38,669 bases of DNA from the IMG/VR virus record IMGVR_UViG_3300046643_000107, positions 1 through 38,669 of that record; one strand, 5' to 3'. This document shows positions 35,310 to 38,669 of this stretch, piece by piece (position 1 is the stretch's first letter; every line of letters begins with the position of its first letter). This stretch comes from a virus. Taxonomy: Duplodnaviria > Caudoviricetes. A model generated the notes under the pieces. It was not told where the DNA came from. It saw only the letters and a program-made list of their open reading frames with translations, and made no database searches. A program made the translations under genes and the position numbers.

Positions 35310-36826
35310 TTTTTACCTTTAAATAGATCATATGTTGATCGTTTACCACGCAAAATACTATTCAAATCCATTCTCTGAGGAATGGATAACTCCGGCCTTT
35401 CTTGCATTTGAAAAGGGCTTAACTGCAATCCGTTTTTCAATGCAATATTCAATGCTCTATTATACACTTCATCAGGATAATGATTTTTTATAGCATAATC
35501 TCGCGCTAATATAATGGAATCTTCGGGACCAAGCTTCATTAACGCTTTGGATAATTCATTTGTAAGTAGATCTCTTTTTTCTGGCTGGACAACAAGAGGT
35601 TCTTCTGGATGAGTTTTGGGAGTGGGATATTTAGGGATTGAATCTAAAGCACTTTTAGCTCTATCACCCAAATTAGATACTGCATAGGCTGATTGTGCAA
35701 CACCAAAATCCTTAGCTGTCATCTCAGTACGATATTTTTTTCTTAAAAAATTAGTTATTTCCCCTTTAAGCTCCCTAGGAAATTGATCACTAGTTGGCAT
35801 TTCATTAATGGTATTTAAATGACCTTGAATCATGCTGCGTGAATCTTCGATAGCATCTGCTACAGCTTCGGGTTTTAAAGAAGAAAAATAAGGTAATGCT
35901 GGGCCTGTTTCAGAAAATGCCGCTAATGGTTGCTCAACTAGTTGATTATATCGTTGATTTGCATCTCTAAGTCTTGCTTCATCGCTACCGACATCTTCAT
36001 TTGTGCGAGCAATTCCTTTCCAGATATTTTCTTCTTCTGGTCCCATTCCCGGAAATTGTCCTCTGACAGAAGGTAAAACAGATTGAAAAAATCGATCGTC
36101 TTCCCTAGCTCTTTCGGCTTGATATGTAGCTAAGCTTTTATATCCTTCTTGAGCGGCCTTATATTCATCAGCTTGATTTTGCTTAAATCTATTAATATAA
36201 TCATCTTGGACATCTTTTCTAGTGACACCTTCTTTAGCTAGCATTGAACGTATTTTATGTTCTTCTGATGGACCAATTGGTTTAGGAGGCTTTGGAGGTT
36301 TTTGAGGCCTTCTAGTTTCACCGGGAGCAACATCTTCAGCCTTTTTAGCAAAAGGGAAATACTGTTCTCCAAATCTTTCTTGAATTCCATTAGAGACATC
36401 ATCAAACGAAGGTTGAGGCAATTGGCCTTGTTTAGTTGGCTGTTGAAAGGTAGGCTCTTGGGGTTTCTCACCAAAAGAAGGCAGTTGAATTGGCTGTTGT
36501 CTAGTATCGAGCATATTTTGAATGTCTTGCACTGCTCTTCCAGTCTGTGGCGCTGCTTGTTGCTTTGTTTGCATTATTTTTGTGATTTCAGGCATCAAAG
36601 CTTCTGCATATTGTGCGCCTTGGCGTGTTCCTGCAACCGATGACATTAAATCTAAGATTGGTTTTAATTCTGGATTGGTCTGAGATAGTTGTCCCAAGCC
36701 TTGTTGAATCTGTGCTCTTTCATACCCTTTTTCAACTGCTCCAGGAAGATTTTGACTGATTTGATTTCCAATCGCTTTGTCAATTACTTGCCAAGGAGAG
36801 GTTTCTGCTGGTAGAATAGTAGTCAT
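35306..36826 (-). CDS. Putative ejection / internal virion protein
   Basis: 506-aa helical Q/P-rich protein in the podovirus ejection-gene position. Confidence 0.55.
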   Translation of the reverse strand: MTTILPAETSPWQVIDKAIGNQISQNLPGAVEKGYERAQIQQGLGQLSQTNPELKPILDLMSSVAGTRQGAQYAEALMPEITKIMQTKQQAAPQTGRAVQDIQNMLDTRQQPIQLPSFGEKPQEPTFQQPTKQGQLPQPSFDDVSNGIQERFGEQYFPFAKKAEDVAPGETRRPQKPPKPPKPIGPSEEHKIRSMLAKEGVTRKDVQDDYINRFKQNQADEYKAAQEGYKSLATYQAERAREDDRFFQSVLPSVRGQFPGMGPEEENIWKGIARTNEDVGSDEARLRDANQRYNQLVEQPLAAFSETGPALPYFSSLKPEAVADAIEDSRSMIQGHLNTINEMPTSDQFPRELKGEITNFLRKKYRTEMTAKDFGVAQSAYAVSNLGDRAKSALDSIPKYPTPKTHPEEPLVVQPEKRDLLTNELSKALMKLGPEDSIILARDYAIKNHYPDEVYNRALNIALKNGLQLSPFQMQERPELSIPQRMDLNSILRGKRSTYDLFKGKK

Positions 36827-36838
36827 TTTGTCCTCTTA

Positions 36839-37531
36839 TTAATAAGTTCCTGGAAACTGCCCGGGGTAACCTCTAGACATTCCTGGAGATTGAAATTGTC
36901 CCTGTGTTTGGCCACCCGTTCCAGCCATATTTTGACCAAATTGTTGCCCATATCCTTGTGCAATGCCACCAAACATAGATGCACCAGTATTTCCACCAAA
37001 TCCCGGAGACGCTGGTGTATATTGATTCATAGTAGGTTGTATAGCCTGCTGATAAAGATTCATTAGGTTATTAAATGGTTGTTGTGCATATTGTGCGAGC
37101 TGTGGAATTGCCTGTTGCTGCATTCCTCCCCGCAGGGCTGCTATATTTGTACTTAAGTTACTACCTTCTCTTGCAAGTTGGTTTCTAAATCCAGTTGATC
37201 CTGTAGAACCGCCTGAACCCATTGATGCAAATCTATTAGCTAACTCTGGTACTGTTTGTTCTTGAAATTGCCTTTGTAATGGCGCTTCAAATTGGTCAAA
37301 AAATTGCGGATCATTAAACATGCTCTGCAGCCAATCTTGACCAGTTTGATAATTCTGATTTTGTGTGATGTCAGTTGCTCCACCTTTCATTCCCTTTATG
37401 GAGTCTAAGACATCATCTATGGCTGATCTGGCACCTTTTGAATAAGTTGAACCTTGTTTAGCATTGCTTCCAGTCAGTCCTCCTATAGCAGAAAGAATTG
37501 CAGGAATAGCCATCATCATCGTGGGGTTCAT
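36839..37531 (-). CDS. Putative DNA ejection / pilot protein (P22 gp7-like)
   Basis: Hydrophobic N-terminus AIPAILSAIGGL and G/Q-rich body. Confidence 0.6.
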   Translation of the reverse strand: MNPTMMMAIPAILSAIGGLTGSNAKQGSTYSKGARSAIDDVLDSIKGMKGGATDITQNQNYQTGQDWLQSMFNDPQFFDQFEAPLQRQFQEQTVPELANRFASMGSGGSTGSTGFRNQLAREGSNLSTNIAALRGGMQQQAIPQLAQYAQQPFNNLMNLYQQAIQPTMNQYTPASPGFGGNTGASMFGGIAQGYGQQFGQNMAGTGGQTQGQFQSPGMSRGYPGQFPGTY

Positions 37532-37655
37532 ATCTACCTCTAAATTTTATTTTCACAATACCATAAATTGAAATTTTAAGAATATATTTACAAATTGTTT
37601 TACATACCTTATGCAGATAAATTGTGCTACAATGAGATTCCACGGAGGATTTAAT

Positions 37656-37850
37656 ATGGATTGGCTTCAAGTTTTTACAATCATTGGTGTCTTAGGCGGG
37701 TTTATTTTTTTCATGATGCAAAGGATGCATAGTGACATGCTACGACTTGATGGAGAAATAAAAAGCATGGGATCAAGACTAGATGCTCACGCCAATAGAA
37801 TAGATCAATTATATAAAATGTTTGTAGATCTCATTAAATCAAATAAATAA
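37656..37850 (+). CDS. Single-TM coiled-coil protein (MDWxQV family), moron
   Basis: GGAGG RBS before ATG 37656; MDWLQVFTIIGVLGGFIFFM...RIDQLYKMFVDLIK. Confidence 0.75.
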   Translation: MDWLQVFTIIGVLGGFIFFMMQRMHSDMLRLDGEIKSMGSRLDAHANRIDQLYKMFVDLIKSNK

Positions 37851-37851
37851 T

Positions 37852-38382
37852 TTAAATTCCATTCCTCAAGAATTCCACTACAATAAATCCACTATACGAA
37901 CTTAAATTTACTGTAGTTGTGATTACAATCTGGGTATCACTCATCGTAAACGTTACTCTAGAATCTCCCTGATTCATGAAACTAAAATAGTTTCCATCAC
38001 CAGCCCCTACCGAACTACATGGAAGGCTTGCAGATCCCCACACATGTGTCACAACGAATTGATCATTTATATCTGTTATGGGATATTGTGGCATAGTTGT
38101 AGAAGTCAATGTTAGGGTACCTGAATTTGGGAAAGAAGGTATATAGGCAATGGCTTGATATCCATTACGAGTTATTCTAGTTGTATTGTAAAACCACTTT
38201 TCACCATTCAATGTTTCTGCTGCTTGGAGGTAAGTTCCTATCTTCTTATCATTAATCACATCAGCAAATTGCGCTAGTTGGTCTTGAAGGAATGTTTTAC
38301 CACGATCATCTTCTTCAGGTATGTTATATGTAGTAGGAAGAAAAGGAGTAAATGGTTCCTGGGGATTAAGAGGAATGGTCAT
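37852..38382 (-). CDS. Tail-associated protein
   Basis: ATGA-coupled to the nozzle stop; N-terminal helix plus beta C-terminus. Confidence 0.55.
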   Translation of the reverse strand: MTIPLNPQEPFTPFLPTTYNIPEEDDRGKTFLQDQLAQFADVINDKKIGTYLQAAETLNGEKWFYNTTRITRNGYQAIAYIPSFPNSGTLTLTSTTMPQYPITDINDQFVVTHVWGSASLPCSSVGAGDGNYFSFMNQGDSRVTFTMSDTQIVITTTVNLSSYSGFIVVEFLRNGI

Positions 38383-38669
38383 ATTATTCTACCCGCAGCT
38401 CTCATTCCAAATATCATGGCCAATACTTCTATATCACATCTATTAATAGCCGTTACTGCCATTTGTTGGTCAGAAAAAGTGATCTGTGCCTGGATGGTTT
38501 GGGCTGAACATTGTGCGTACATACGATATACTACCTCATCTCCCGAACCTATTTGGTAAGGATTTATAGTAGTTAACACAACATTGCTTTCAGGATTGTC
38601 TGAAAGCGGAGTGTTAATTGAAACATCGCTGGAGTCGCCAAATATATTGCAGGTGAATTGACCCGAATC
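38379..38669 (-). CDS. 3' end of the tail nozzle gene (see 1-2409)
   Basis: Same frame and sequence as 1-207, continuing to the stop at 38379. Confidence 0.8.
   Translation of the reverse strand, partial: DSGQFTCNIFGDSSDVSINTPLSDNPESNVVLTTINPYQIGSGDEVVYRMYAQCSAQTIQAQITFSDQQMAVTAINRCDIEVLAMIFGMRAAGRII
38463..38669. repeat. Terminal direct repeat / circular overlap, right copy
   Basis: Matches 1-207 with one mismatch. Confidence 0.97.

Noticed and set aside
1-38669. tRNA/rRNA genes or stop-codon reassignment
   Set aside because: No cloverleaf was seen in intergenic gaps by eye, and core genes are intact under the standard code.

Overview
The window is one apparently complete, low-GC tailed dsDNA phage genome. 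Bases 1-207 recur at 38463-38669 with one mismatch, giving a unit length of about 38,462 bp. The minus-strand morphogenesis block is podovirus-like: ParB-fused DNA methylase, terminase small and large subunits, P22-like portal, scaffold, N4-gp56-like major capsid, adaptor, an ~830-aa tail nozzle gene crossing the contig junction, ejection proteins and C1q-type fibres. The capsid gene is split by a 694-nt group I intron encoding a LAGLIDADG endonuclease. Other modules are an HTH replication initiator with internal poly-G iteron-like repeats, Bet/YqaJ recombination genes, and ParA plus a ribbon-helix-helix gene with exact 11-bp-period repeat arrays. I recognised no integrase, CI-type repressor or endolysin, so it looks like a phage-plasmid, and accessory genes suggest (inference only) an intracellular, possibly chlamydial, host. 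The most unusual items are two small ORFs upstream of the scaffold whose N-termini align without gaps to the capsid N-terminal arm, a stand-alone fragment of the alanyl-tRNA synthetase helical domain, and Inc/effector-like morons. All family assignments are by eye and have not been searched.
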